From: an uncultured Actinomycetota bacterium
GTDB taxonomy: Bacteria > Actinomycetota > Actinomycetes > JACCUZ01
NCBI GenBank assembly: GCA_963697675.1
Contig: CAVOOW010000010.1
Coordinates: forward strand, 73,230-137,229
DNA length: 64,000 nt
Reading direction: 5' to 3'
Each line of letters opens with the position of its first letter. Position 1 is the stretch's first letter. This document shows positions 9,766-20,526 of this stretch, piece by piece. The notes below the pieces were generated by a model. That model had not been told where the DNA came from and ran no database searches. It saw only the letters and a list, made by a program, of their open reading frames with translations. A program made the position numbers and the translations under genes.

Positions 9766-11027
9766 GTCACACCTCCTGCTTCTCGGGCTGTTTGTCGGGG
9801 ATCGTCTTGCCGGCCATCGACATGTGCGCTGGAAGCGGGTATCGGGCGGCCGGGCAGCAGCAGGTGCCAGTACATCCACCGGAACGCGAGCTTGCCCCAG
9901 TGGTTGACCCGGGTCTCGGCCAGTAGGCGGAAGGGGCCGACGCGCGGCAGCGGGTAGGTGCCGGGCAGCGGCTCGGTGTCGTAGTTGAAGTCGATCAGCA
10001 GTGCCTTGCCGTCGCCGGCCTCGACGTAGCAGTTGGCGTGCCCGTCGAAACTGCCGGTCATCGGGCGCCCGTCGATGTGGGCCAGGAAGTTCTCGACGAA
10101 CACTTCGACGGAAAAGTGCGCCACCGAGCCGGCCTTGGAGGCCGGGATGTTCGAGGCATCCCCGACGGCGAAGATGTTGTCATGCCCGGTTGCGAGCAGG
10201 GTGTGCTTGTCGACCGGGACGTAGTTGAGCTCGTCGCCCAGCCCGGAGCGGGCGACGTAGTCGGCGCCCATATTCAGCGGGACGGTGACGAGCAGGTCGA
10301 ACGGCACTTCCCTCTCGTCGTAGGACACCAGCGTCTTCCGGTCGGCGTCGATGCGCTCGACGACGAAGTCCGGCTCGAGGGCGATCTTCCGCTCTTCGAG
10401 CATCCCGCCCAGCCGAGCGGAGGCGATTGGTTTGGTGAACGCTCCGGGCAGCGGGGTCACATAGACCAGCTCCACCCGGTCACGCATGCCCCGGCCGCGG
10501 AAATAGGCGTCGGCCAGGAAGGCGAACTCCAGCGGGGCGACCGGGCACTTGATCGGCATCTCGACCACGTGCACCACGACCCGCCCACCGGTGAACGTGC
10601 GCAGTTTGTCGCGTAACGCGAGCGCTCCGTCGAAGGTGTAGAAGTCGTGGATGCTCTCCCGCCACTGACCGCCGTCGAGCATTCCCGGTGTCTGATCCGG
10701 CCGGGGCGCAGTGCCCGTGGCAATCACGAGCTGGTCGTATGGCAGGCACTGGCCGTCCATCAGCCACACAACGTTCTGGTCCGGGACCACCTTGTCGATC
10801 TCGCCAGCCAGGAGCTCGACACCGTTCGGGATGAAACGTCGCGTCGGCTTGACCACATCGCCGGGCGCGGCGGCGCCGAAGGGTAGGAACAGGTAGCCGG
10901 GCTGGTAGTAGTGCACGTCGCTCTGCTCGACAACCGTGATCTGCCAGTCATCGCCAAGCCGGCGTCGCAGCTTGTTGACCACCATCGTCCCAGCGGTCCC
11001 GGCCCCCAGCACGACCAAACGCCTCAT
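9756..11027 (-). CDS. sqr: Sulfide:quinone oxidoreductase-like FAD-dependent oxidoreductase
   Basis: MRRLVVLGAGTAGT Rossmann start (cat at 11025-11027). NAD(P)/FAD-dependent pyridine nucleotide-disulfide fold with SQR-type length and motifs (AVGDASNIP). Confidence 0.7.
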   Translation of the reverse strand: MRRLVVLGAGTAGTMVVNKLRRRLGDDWQITVVEQSDVHYYQPGYLFLPFGAAAPGDVVKPTRRFIPNGVELLAGEIDKVVPDQNVVWLMDGQCLPYDQLVIATGTAPRPDQTPGMLDGGQWRESIHDFYTFDGALALRDKLRTFTGGRVVVHVVEMPIKCPVAPLEFAFLADAYFRGRGMRDRVELVYVTPLPGAFTKPIASARLGGMLEERKIALEPDFVVERIDADRKTLVSYDEREVPFDLLVTVPLNMGADYVARSGLGDELNYVPVDKHTLLATGHDNIFAVGDASNIPASKAGSVAHFSVEVFVENFLAHIDGRPMTGSFDGHANCYVEAGDGKALLIDFNYDTEPLPGTYPLPRVGPFRLLAETRVNHWGKLAFRWMYWHLLLPGRPIPASSAHVDGRQDDPRQTAREAGGVTCP

Positions 11028-11658
11028 CGCTGCCACCTCACTCTTCTGCACTTCAACGCTATGAGCCTTGCTGGTGTGGCGGAACTGCCATTCGTCCTGA
11101 CCTGGAAGGACGTACGGCACGAAGCTGGCTTGGCCCAACCCATCCGGGCCGTGGCAGGAGAAACCTGCGGGAGCCGATCCCGTCGGGGGCCGAGCCGATC
11201 GTCCAACCCGTGCCGGCGACTCGGCGGCTCACCGCTTCAGGAGCGGAGGCGGGACTTTGGGCGGGCTGGTTGACGGATCGTGCTGCATCGGGTCCTTGTC
11301 CTGTGCGCCCTCCTACTGATGACCGGCATCCGCAATCCGACCCCGGGCAGACTTCGAAGCCACGGGTCTCGCGCTCAGCGGAGAGCTGGATGCGCCGCTC
11401 GTCGAAACATCGACGTGGTGGCACGAGACATCTACGGCTCTGACGGCATCGACCTGTCGCCGGCGGTCGCGAAACGACTACCTTTCCACCTGAGCTGCTG
11501 AGGGCGACACAGCCTCTCGGCAGCTGGGCGCCAAAACGCAACGCATCGGCATTTCATCCGTTCGACGCGCCGTGACTTTCGACCCTGACCCTCGCCCATC
11601 ACCGGCTATAACATGCGAGCGACGACGCTGATTCGGTGCCGACATCAGGAGGCGCGCG

Positions 11659-12147
11659 ATGAGCATTCCCGACGACGTCAGGGGGTCTATCCGTCACGAC
11701 GAGGTCGAGGACCCTGGGGCAACGAACCCTCCGACCGACCACCGTGGCCTGCGTGTACTCGGCTTCGAGGAATGCCTAGAACGGTTGCGGACGGCACCGG
11801 TGGGGCGGCTGGCGTTCGTGGACACGGGCGAGCCTGTTGTGTTCCCTGTCAACCACGTTATCGACGGGGTTGACGTTGTCTTCCGGACATCGTGGGGCTC
11901 CAAACTCCAGGTCGCCGAGAATTCCGGCGTTGTCGCATACGAGGTCGACGGGTACGACAGCCGGGGTGAGACCGGTTGGAGTGTCGTCGTGAAGGGCACA
12001 GCCCAGCTCGCGTGTGAGAGTGTCGACACCGACCGCTACGACCAGCTCGGCCTGCGGTCCTGGGCCGACCTCAAGGGCCTCGGCTTCTGGGTGCGGATCC
12101 GTCCGGTCGAGATCACCGGGCGAGAGGTCATCCCAGCGCCGGGCTGA
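11659..12147 (+). CDS. Pyridoxamine 5'-phosphate oxidase family (FMN/F420-binding split-barrel) protein
   Basis: GRLAFVDTGEPVVFPVNHVIDGVDVVFRTSWGSKL...GWSVVVKG. Confidence 0.7.
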   Translation: MSIPDDVRGSIRHDEVEDPGATNPPTDHRGLRVLGFEECLERLRTAPVGRLAFVDTGEPVVFPVNHVIDGVDVVFRTSWGSKLQVAENSGVVAYEVDGYDSRGETGWSVVVKGTAQLACESVDTDRYDQLGLRSWADLKGLGFWVRIRPVEITGREVIPAPG

Positions 12148-12477
12148 CGGCGGCCTGCGGCGGACGGCCTTGGGTCGATATGTCCGGCCCCGTCAATGAA
12201 CCCCAAGACCAACCGGCAGAGCGAGGACGCGACAGACCGCGCACGAGTCACCCCGCCTTAAAATGCGCGGGGTTTCCACAGGTTGAACCGCGACCTAAGA
12301 GAAAGACAATTCAAAGCCCGGAACGCTCCGAGGTGCTGCCGGGCGAGGCCCGATCGAGCTTCAGACGGTCAACCCGGGATGCCTGCGGCCGCCAGTGCTC
12401 CTGTGTGTACGACGGCTGCGGCCCTGTCGATGCGGGCCACATGGCACACGACGTGCGACGACGTGTGCGACGCAAGA

Positions 12478-12724
12478 TGCGGACTTTTGCGGACCGGCGT
12501 CACCTACGACGATCCTCAACCTCAAAGCGCAACGCGCTGACCTGCGGAAACGTGGTGGGCCCCGTGGGACTCGAACCACAACCTACGGATTAAAAGAGGA
12601 TTCTGGCCATCAGCAACGTCCCAGGTCAGACCGTCCCAGTGCCTGTCACCTGCGTAGAGGACACCGGATGACTCTCGTCGGTTCCGGCTGGTTTCGGAAG
12701 CATTGCGGACTCAGTGCGGACCAG
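12478..12724 (+). repeat. tRNA-Lys 3'-half repeat, copy B (native-type downstream flank + tRNA 3' half + conserved arm)
   Basis: atgcggacttttgcggaccg...ctcaaagcgcaacgcgctgacctgcggaaacg | tggtgggccccgtgggactcgaaccacaacctacggattaaaag | aggattctggcc...cccaggtcaga...cacctgcg...ctctcgtcggttccggctggtttcggaagcattgcggactcagtgcggaccag. Confidence 0.75.
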
Positions 12725-13200
12725 TCCGAGGTCGTCGCGGCCGCTGAAACCGACGCCGGCGGCGGGTACACGCTTACCGCGATCCCGCCCCCGCTATCAC
12801 CTGCGACCCGAGGAAAGCGGACGGGGTCAATTTTCGGGCGGCGATGATCTCGAACAGTCATCCCAACGGCGGTAGGTGATGCTGACTTCCTAGATGATCA
12901 TGGAGGCGGCGATGGGCCTCCAGGTGTGGGTGACGAAAGCAGCCCCGGAAGGGGCGCCTTTCCGCCGGTGGGTGCCCTCGACCGCAACCCTCAGCCTTCC
13001 CGACCGTGCTTCGGGCCAATTTCATGGGCAGGCGCCGACCAGGATTTGACACCGGCGCGGCCTCCGGTCGAACTCCGATGCTTTGCCGATCAGTGGGTTG
13101 ACACGACACTCGCGGTCTATCACGGTTTGAGCAAGTTGTGCCGCCGACCTCAGGGCTGTGGCGCGACGTCGTTGCGGTATGGGGCATCGGGGGGCATGGC

Positions 13201-14451
13201 ATGTCAGGGCAGACTGGGCGCAAACAACGCGATACCCACCCCCCGACCCAAGCCAGGCCCGTTATCAGTGGTGCTGTGGCACCGAGGAAGCAGCGAAAGC
13301 TCCATCGGATTCGCGCGTTCCTGATCTTGGGCATAGCCATCTCGCTGGCGGCCATCTCGGGCTCTCATGCCGACGACGACGCGCCTGTCACGATCGGCCC
13401 CCCGCCAGCGAAGCAGCAGCGAAGGTTCCATTGGATTCGCAGGTTGATCCACAGCTACTGGCCGGTGTTTAGCTCGTTTGTCTTCCTGGCTGCGGCCATC
13501 GCCTTGGCATTTGCCTTGCGCTCCAACCATGACGACGCCATCCAGACGCCGAACTGTGACTCCAGCGCCACGTCGGTGGGCACCCGCGAGTGGCAGATCT
13601 GGATTGGCACGGTCTCGGCCGGCTTGGCAATCGCAATCGTGCTCGCCATCCACGGCATCGTCCGCCTCAAGCGGATCCCCGGGCATTGGCCCCCGCGCGC
13701 CGATGTCGGGAAGGTGGCGGTCTGGTTGCATGGCGTCGCGGCGCTGGCATGGATATATGGGCTCGGACGAGCCGTCTCCGAGCTCGTGCACGACCCACGC
13801 ACTTGGCCACTCGACGACATGGAGTTACGCCTGCAATGGGTAGCCGGCATCGGGCTGCTGTGCGCCACACCATGGCTGGCGATGACCTGGCTGTGCCATA
13901 AGGCTGTCCACGGTTACTGGGTCGAGCCGCACACGCTGCGCACAGACCTGCAGGACAAGGACAAGCCGACGCGGGACATGACCAAGACCGATGCCGACAT
14001 CGCCGCGCTGCAGCAGATCTGGAGCCAAATCGTTGGCATCGCCCTTGCGTTCGCAACCCTGGTCGCGATCTCGCTCATACCGACTGGCGCGTTGCGCAAC
14101 CTGTGGCTGTCGCAGAACGTCGACGGCGAGGATGCGAAGAAGAGGCTGGGGGAGAGCTTCACGACCACCGACGTGTTGCTCTACGGCGCGATGTGGGCCC
14201 TGGTCGCCGCATCGGTCGTCATCCCGCTGGTGGCATCGTGGCGATCGACCGCGCAGTCGGTGGTCGACGCGGCGTACCCACCCAACGCAACCATCGCTGC
14301 TGACAAGGACGCGAAAGAGACACGCGAATCGCTGGAGTCGATGCTCAACCTGAGCTCAGGGATCTTGCGCAACCCGCTGACGGTACTCACCGTCGCAACT
14401 CCATTGGTCACTGCGGCCCTGGCCGCATTCATCCCCGAGCTCGGGACGTAG
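13201..14451 (+). CDS. Hypothetical polytopic membrane protein
   Basis: Long ORF with several hydrophobic segments and an internal roughly 40-nt direct repeat near the 5' end. No recognisable family, so the start is uncertain. Confidence 0.3.
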   Translation: MSGQTGRKQRDTHPPTQARPVISGAVAPRKQRKLHRIRAFLILGIAISLAAISGSHADDDAPVTIGPPPAKQQRRFHWIRRLIHSYWPVFSSFVFLAAAIALAFALRSNHDDAIQTPNCDSSATSVGTREWQIWIGTVSAGLAIAIVLAIHGIVRLKRIPGHWPPRADVGKVAVWLHGVAALAWIYGLGRAVSELVHDPRTWPLDDMELRLQWVAGIGLLCATPWLAMTWLCHKAVHGYWVEPHTLRTDLQDKDKPTRDMTKTDADIAALQQIWSQIVGIALAFATLVAISLIPTGALRNLWLSQNVDGEDAKKRLGESFTTTDVLLYGAMWALVAASVVIPLVASWRSTAQSVVDAAYPPNATIAADKDAKETRESLESMLNLSSGILRNPLTVLTVATPLVTAALAAFIPELGT

Positions 14452-15054
14452 GCGTCGACCCCGCAAAACAGGGCAGTCAAGATGCCCTGTGGATAAATCT
14501 GACTAGAAGTGCTGAGAAGGATCCGGTTGTCCACAGAAACAGCGTGGTCGGGTTTGTTGCCAGCAGAGTTACCCGTGAGGTTGCGATTGAGGACCAACTA
14601 GAAGATCGGCTGCTCCGGGAGCCGAGGCGGCCAGGCCCGCCGCCAGCCCGACTCCTTGACGAGGTCGAGCTCGTTCTGGCCAGTGGGGCGCCACAAGGTC
14701 ACCGCGTCAAGGTTGTCAGGTACGGGTCGCTGCCCTGGGTCGCATCGGCACATCCGTCGGACCGCACGGGCACCGGGCGGGCGCTTGATCGGCGGGTTCA
14801 GCTCCGCGGCGTCATTCCCCCGGTACAGCTGGGCGGGGCGGCCCAGGCCGACCGGTAAGCCGGTGCGGGTCTCCGTCGACGGTTGCACCAACCCGGGCGC
14901 CCGCAGGACCTTGCGGCGGAAGCTGGCGCGATCGGCCAGCGGGACGCCCCACACCGCTGATCCCGAGGAGCCGAGCCATGAGCCTGATCCTGTTCCGCCC
15001 ATGGCCAACCGGTTGCCCGCCGCCACCGACACAGGGACCGGCGCTGCCGTCGCA

Positions 15055-16721
15055 CTACCGGGTCAGCAGGACGTAGCCGACCACGCAGGTTGCGGCGAGC
15101 ACGGCCCCGATGAGCGGGAGCCCGAACTTGGCGAACGTGGCCGTGCTGTAGCCACCGGGGCGCATCACCATCAGGTTCGACTGGTGGCTGAACGGGTTGA
15201 TGAACGTGAACGAGATGCAGGTGGCGACGACGGCGAGAAGGATGACGGGGCTGACGTGCATCTCGGCGGCGATGCCGATGGCGACGGGCGTGAGGATGGA
15301 CGCCGCAGCCGAGTTGGTCACCAGGTTGGTCATCAGCGTGGTGGTCAGCGCCAGCACGATGACGACCAGCAGGACATTGCCCGCCGCCAGGTAACTGATC
15401 CCTCGGGCGATTCGCGCCGCCAGCCCGCTGGTCACCACGACCGCGCCCAAGCCGACCGATCCGGCCAGGATGAACAGCACGTTCCAGTCGAGGGCGCGTG
15501 CCGCGGATCTGGGCGTGAGCACTCCGGTGAGCACCATCAGGATCGCCCCGCTGAACGACACGAGTTCCACGGGGGCGAGCCCGAACGACGCAGCGACCAC
15601 CACGGCCGCCAGCACCGAGAGTGCGATCCAGGTCTTGCCCGGCTGCGGCGTCCGGCCGGCGACGTCCTGCCAGAGCGCCACGGACTCGCTGTCCCGGAGC
15701 ATCTCCGCACTGGTCCCGGTCACGAAGCAGGTCGCGCCCGGAGTCGCCGGCGTCTCGCTCAGGGACTGCGTCGTCTGTGCGGCGATGACGCGGAGGCCCG
15801 CCGTCGTCGTCGAGCTCCTTGAGGCTCCCGTGGACGCTGGTGCGCACGGAGACCTCATAGAGCCGACGCGGGGAGAGCCCGAAGTGCGGGCTGCCCCACA
15901 GCGCGGTGACGCCGGCCTCGGTGGCCGCGAACACCAGAACGTCGTCGGCCTCGATGATCTCGGTGGCGGCGAGCGTTTCGCCGGACCGTCGGATGGCCTG
16001 CGAGCTCGAAGACCTGGGTTCGAGCCATCCCAGCTCCGCTGCCACGCCGTCCGCGAGCCAGCGCCCGCCCGGAGACCGGGATCTCGACCCGCCAGTCCAT
16101 CGGGACGGCGACGGGTGCGCCAGCCGATCCCCGGAGGATCAGCGGTGCGGTGATGTAGATGACCAGCGCTCCGACCAGGGCGACCGGAAGCGCGACCACG
16201 GCGAACGACAGCATCGACGACGTGGACGCCGGCGGTGCCGGCGATGCCGGCGATGAGCAGGTTCGAGCTCGTGCCGATGAGAGTGATCGAGCCGGCCAGC
16301 GTCGTCACGTGGGCGATCGGCAGCAGGACCTCGCGGGCCGGGACCTCGCGGGTCTGCTCGAGCTCCTTCGACGCCGGGATCAGCATGGCGACGATCGGCG
16401 TGGTGTTCATCAGGCCCGAGGCGACGCCGACGGGGACGATGAGCCGCCGCAGTGACTGGCGCGCCGTCGTCACCGTGGACAGCAGCCGCCACGTGACCCG
16501 CGTGACGATCCCGGTCAGACGATGCCCTTCGCGATCACGAGCATCGCGGCCACCGTGATCACGCCGCCGTTGCTCAGGCCGGCGAAGAGGTCCCTGGTCG
16601 GAGTGACCCTGGTCAGCCCGGCGACGGCCAGCCCGGTAGCCAGCGCGAGGACCGGCGGGACCTTGCCCGACGTCATCGCCAGCAGCGTCGCGATGACGAT
16701 GACAGCGGCGAGGTACATCAT
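15055..16721 (-). pseudogene. SLC13/DASS-family permease with central TrkA-C (RCK_C) domains; at least three frame changes
   Basis: N-terminus MMYLAAVIVIATLLAMTSGKVPPVLALATGLAVAGL.. (frame of 16515..16883). Then LIVPVGVASGLMNTTPIVAMLIPASKEL... TrkA-C GETLAATEIIEADDVLVFAATEAGVTALWG sits in a third frame. The C-terminal permease half is intact. Confidence 0.5.
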
Positions 16722-16885
16722 CGGTCCCGGGCCCAGGTCGGCGTCACCGAAACAACGTAGACCTCTGCGTTCTCCGGCACGACGGGCATCGTCGCGACTC
16801 GGGGGCCTGGAACGCTCGGCACCGGCAGGGGTGGTCCGGTGGTCGAGATACGTCGAGTTGGGCCCGGCAATGTCCCTCGCCAAGA

Positions 16886-17004
16886 TGCGGACTCTTGCGG
16901 ACTGTGGTCGCCACGACGAAGTTCAATCTCACAGCGCAACACGCTGACCTGGCAAAACGTGGTGGGCCCCGTGGGACTCGAACCCACAACCTACGGATTA
17001 AAAG
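16886..17004 (+). repeat. tRNA-Lys 3'-half repeat, copy C (flank + tRNA 3' half, truncated by IS110)
   Basis: agatgcggactcttgcggactg...acgacgaagttcaatctcacagcgcaacacgctgacctggcaaaacg | tggtgggccccgtgggactcgaacccacaacctacggattaaaagtccg, then the IS110 leader. Confidence 0.75.
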
Positions 17005-18600
17005 TCCGACCGAGGCCGTGCCGGACGGTGACGACTGATGCTCGATGCGACCGTTTGTGCAGGTCAGCGACCTAGAGCCCTTCGGGCTCGCCGTGGTTCG
17101 CGAAGATTCTCCGTGGCGGCGCGCGCCTCTTCTTGTCGCGGCTGTGGTTGGCGAGGACGCTGGGTTGGTCCGTTCCGGTAGGACACCGATTGCCCTTGTA
17201 GTGCCTGTGAGCGTGTAGGTCAGCATGGTGGTGGAGGGCTGCCACGGGAACCGTGGATTGTTGCCTTGAGCACGAGCGTCAGCCTTCAGGATTTCCTTGC
17301 CTTCCCCGGGACGGGCATCGCCATCGTCCGCGGGTTGAGGAGGAGGAACAGCCGATGGATCTGATGCACCCGCGGTGTGCGGGACTGGATGTGTCCAAGC
17401 GCGACGCGAAAGTCTGTGTGCGGGTGGCCAGTGGCGGGCGGTCGGCTGCTCGTTCCACGGTGACGACCTGGGGGGCGGTGACCAACCAGGTGCTGGCGTT
17501 GCGGGAACACCTGATCGGCGAGGCGGTCACGTTGGTGGTGATGGAGGCCACCGGGGACTACTGGAAGCCGTTCTACTACCTGCTCGAAGACTGTCCGTTC
17601 GAGGTGATGCTGGTCAACGCCCGGCATGTGAAGAACCTGCCGGGCCGCAAGACCGACGTCTCCGATGCGGCGTGGCTGGCTCAGCTCGGGGCGCACGGGC
17701 TGGTGCGTGGCTCGTTCGTGCCGCCCGCACCGATCCGGGCGCTGCGGGATCTGACCCGGACCCGGACCACGATGGTGCGCGAGCGCGCCAAGGAGATCCA
17801 GCGGTTGGAGAAGTTGCTGGAGGACACCGGGATCAAGTTGTCCTCGGTGGCCACCGACATCAGCGGGGTGTCCGGGCGGGCGATGCTGGAGGCGCTGGTC
17901 AGCGGCCAACGCGACCCGGCCGTACTTGCGGAGCTGGCGAAACGCCGGCTGCGCACGAAGATCCCGGAACTGACCGAGGCCCTGACGGGACGGTTCACCG
18001 ACCACCATGCGTTCCTGACCCGCCTGCATCTGGATCTGATCGACCAGCACACCCATGCCGTTGAGGAGCTCACCGCCCGGATGGAGGTGGTGATCGAGCC
18101 CTTTCGTGGCGCCCGGGACCTGATCACCACGATCCCCGGGATCAGCGTCCTGGTCGCGGATGTGATCATCGCCGAGACCGGCGCCGACATGGCCCGGTTC
18201 CCCACCGCGGGGCATCTCGCGTCCTGGGCCGGGACGTGTCCGGGAAGCAACGAGTCCGCCGGTCGGGTCAAGTCGACCAAGACCCGACCCGGCAACCCCT
18301 ACCTCAAAGGTGCGCTCGGGATCGCGGCGATGTCCGCGGCTCGCAGCCAGACACCTACCTGGCCGCGAAGTACCGGCGCATCGCGTCCCGGCGCGGACCG
18401 ATCAAGGCCGTCGTCGCCGTCGAGCACGCGATTCTGATCGCGATCTGGAACATGGTCACCAACGGCGTCTTATACGCCGACCTCGGTGGCGACTACTACA
18501 CCAAGCTCAACCCAGACAAGACGAAGCAACGCGCCCTGAACCAGCTCAGACAGATGGGCTACGAGGTCACCCTCAACCCGCTACCAATCGCGCGGTGAAG
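17005..18600 (+). mobile_element. IS110-family insertion sequence (350-nt 5' leader + recombinase gene)
   Basis: IS110-type DEDD transposase preceded by a long non-coding leader. No terminal inverted repeats, as is typical for the family. Boundaries are approximate. Confidence 0.65.
17355..18598 (+). pseudogene. IS110-family transposase, single frameshift near 18350
   Basis: MDLMHPRCAGLDVSKRDAKVCV...VVMEATGDYWKPFYYLLED...MLVNARHVKNLPGRKTDVSDAAWLAQL. The C-terminus DTYLAAKYRRIASRRGPIKAVVAVEHAILIAIWNMV is in a second frame (ORF 18236..18598). Confidence 0.75.
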
Positions 18601-19030
18601 GGAATCTTCGCGTCAGGAGGCAACTCGCAGGGTGGGCGGTGTCGGGCTCTATCGGACGATGTTGTCAACGCCGCCTGAAACTTGACCCCCTAGCGCCTCC
18701 GCGTAGCGGGTGTGGTCGTTGTTTGTGCGGCTCGGTCCCCAGATGCCGCCGGCGGTGTTCCCGGGCCTTGGCGTGCCAAGGGGCTAGAACGGGAGGCTGC
18801 GTCCGGAGGGGCTGCGGAGGTCGAGGTCTTGGGATCTCGCTCTTCTGGTGGTGCGGCGGATCTGGATCCGTTTCATGGTTGGCACACCTTTGTTGGGGAC
18901 TGGCCCCCGGTTGATGGCCCGTTTCCCGACCGGCCGGGGTGGTTGGCCGGCCGGGAAGTCGAGTGGGGAGGGTTCAGCTGATCGAGCGGGCGGCGTCCTG
19001 GATCAGGGTGCTCGCGCCGCCGGGTGGGAT

Positions 19031-20134
19031 TCAGAGCACCTGGAGCTGCACCAGTCCGCGTTGCAGGCCGGAGCTGTTGACGGTGTCGGCGCCGGCCAGG
19101 GTCTCGATCCGCAGGGTGTCCTTTGCGTCGAGGTTGATCGGGGTCACCGTCGGGGTGAGCCCGGCCACGGTGATGTTGGCTCCCGAGCCGCTCACTGTGA
19201 TGTGGTCGACTCCTGCCGTGCCGCGCACGGTGACCTGGTCGGCGCTGTTGTTCGGGCCGGTGTTGTCCAGGGGGTCGGTGAAGTCGGGGGTGAAGTTGAC
19301 GACGTCGGTGCTGGACAGGTCGTTCACGGCGACCTGGTCGCCGCCGCCCTCGTCCAGGCCGCCGAAGCCGACCCAGGACACGTTCTGGATGTTGTCCGCG
19401 TCGACTCGACCGGCGGTGTGATCGGCGATGAGGTGCCCGGCGTTTGCCGACAGGGTGAGCGTCTCGCTGGCGAAGGAGCCGTCCATCTCCATGCTGTTCT
19501 GCCCGGTGCCTCCGTCGACGATGTCGCTTCGGGTTCCCCCGGCGATGAAGCCGTTGAGCTCGCTCTTGAACCGGTCGTTGCCGTCGCCGAGTGCGATGGT
19601 CTCCTGTCCGGTGCCGGCGCCTCCTCCGTCGACGAAGTCGTCGCCTGCTCCGGCCTGAATCGTGACCGGGCCGGGCGCGGCGGCCAAGAAGTCGTCGTTG
19701 CCGTCGGCGCCGATCATCGTGACCGGGAGGTCGCCGTCGCCGAGGTCGCCGATGTTACCGACGACGCCGAGGAAGTCGTTGCCCAGGCCTCCGTTTTCCG
19801 TGATCGGGAGGTCGCCGACGCCGGAGCCGTCCACCGTCATGCCGTCGTCGCCTCCACCGCCAAGCACTTTCACCCGCTGGACTTGGGGGCGCCGGAACTG
19901 GGCGTCGACCGTGCCGTCGAAGCCGAAGTCCACCACGACATTGGTGGCGTTGATGGTGAGGTGGATCACGTCTCGGGCGGCGGTCCCGTTGACGGTCAGG
20001 ACCCCGCTCGTCAGCGTCGCGGTCGGACCTGTTGCCGCGCCTGCCGGGGTGGCGGCGACCAGACCGCCGGCCGTGGTTGCCATCACCGCAACGATTCCGG
20101 CCAGTCGCCGGAGGCTCTGATTTGTGTGTTGCAT
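19031..20134 (-). CDS. Secreted calcium-binding protein with hemolysin-type (RTX-like GGxGxD) repeats
   Basis: Signal peptide MQHTNQSLRRLAGIVAVMATTAGGLVAATPAGAA. Repeated GGGGDDG / GGLGNDF / GADGNDDF / GAGDDFVDGGGAG / GDGNDRF. GAGGAG RBS. The 434-aa plus-strand ORF is its antisense shadow. Confidence 0.65.
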   Translation of the reverse strand: MQHTNQSLRRLAGIVAVMATTAGGLVAATPAGAATGPTATLTSGVLTVNGTAARDVIHLTINATNVVVDFGFDGTVDAQFRRPQVQRVKVLGGGGDDGMTVDGSGVGDLPITENGGLGNDFLGVVGNIGDLGDGDLPVTMIGADGNDDFLAAAPGPVTIQAGAGDDFVDGGGAGTGQETIALGDGNDRFKSELNGFIAGGTRSDIVDGGTGQNSMEMDGSFASETLTLSANAGHLIADHTAGRVDADNIQNVSWVGFGGLDEGGGDQVAVNDLSSTDVVNFTPDFTDPLDNTGPNNSADQVTVRGTAGVDHITVSGSGANITVAGLTPTVTPINLDAKDTLRIETLAGADTVNSSGLQRGLVQLQVL

Positions 20135-20526
20135 CGTGCTTCTCCTCTGTGAGTGCTGGTGTTGCGTACTACGCCGGCACCGGCCAACTGGTTCACCCCG
20201 CAACCAACCCGGTGGCAACCAGATGTCTGCGCAGGCGCGACCCCGGTTCGACCGTTACGCGGCCCGGACGGTGTCGGTTGCGCCGAGCAGAATGGGTTCG
20301 GAACCATCCGCTGGGTGGGTATCCGCCGGCGGCCATCGCCGGGCGGCAGGTGGCTGCATCGAGTGGATGACCAGTATCGGCAACAGACAGATGGGCCAGG
20401 TCGGAGCCCGCCGGAGTCCGCCCCTGATCTGAACCGACACCGCGGCGCTCCCGTGTTCCTGGGCAACGAATAAGTCACCCAAGGAGTCTCGACAGGTCAA
20501 CGAAGATCTCGAAGGCAAGGCGCCCG

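Noticed and set aside
12478-12724. Repeat as tmRNA (ssrA) because of the tRNA-like CCA end and a gattctgg string
   Set aside because: No complementary acceptor 5' strand. Far too short. Present in multiple copies. The gattctgg string is on the opposite strand from the tRNA-like end.
12858-13355. 165-aa minus-strand ORF
   Set aside because: Cys/Pro/Arg-rich low-complexity translation overlapping the better-supported plus-strand membrane protein gene.
18848-20152. 434-aa plus-strand ORF
   Set aside because: It is the antisense shadow of the RTX-like gene. The minus-strand product has a signal peptide, canonical GGxGxD repeats and an RBS.
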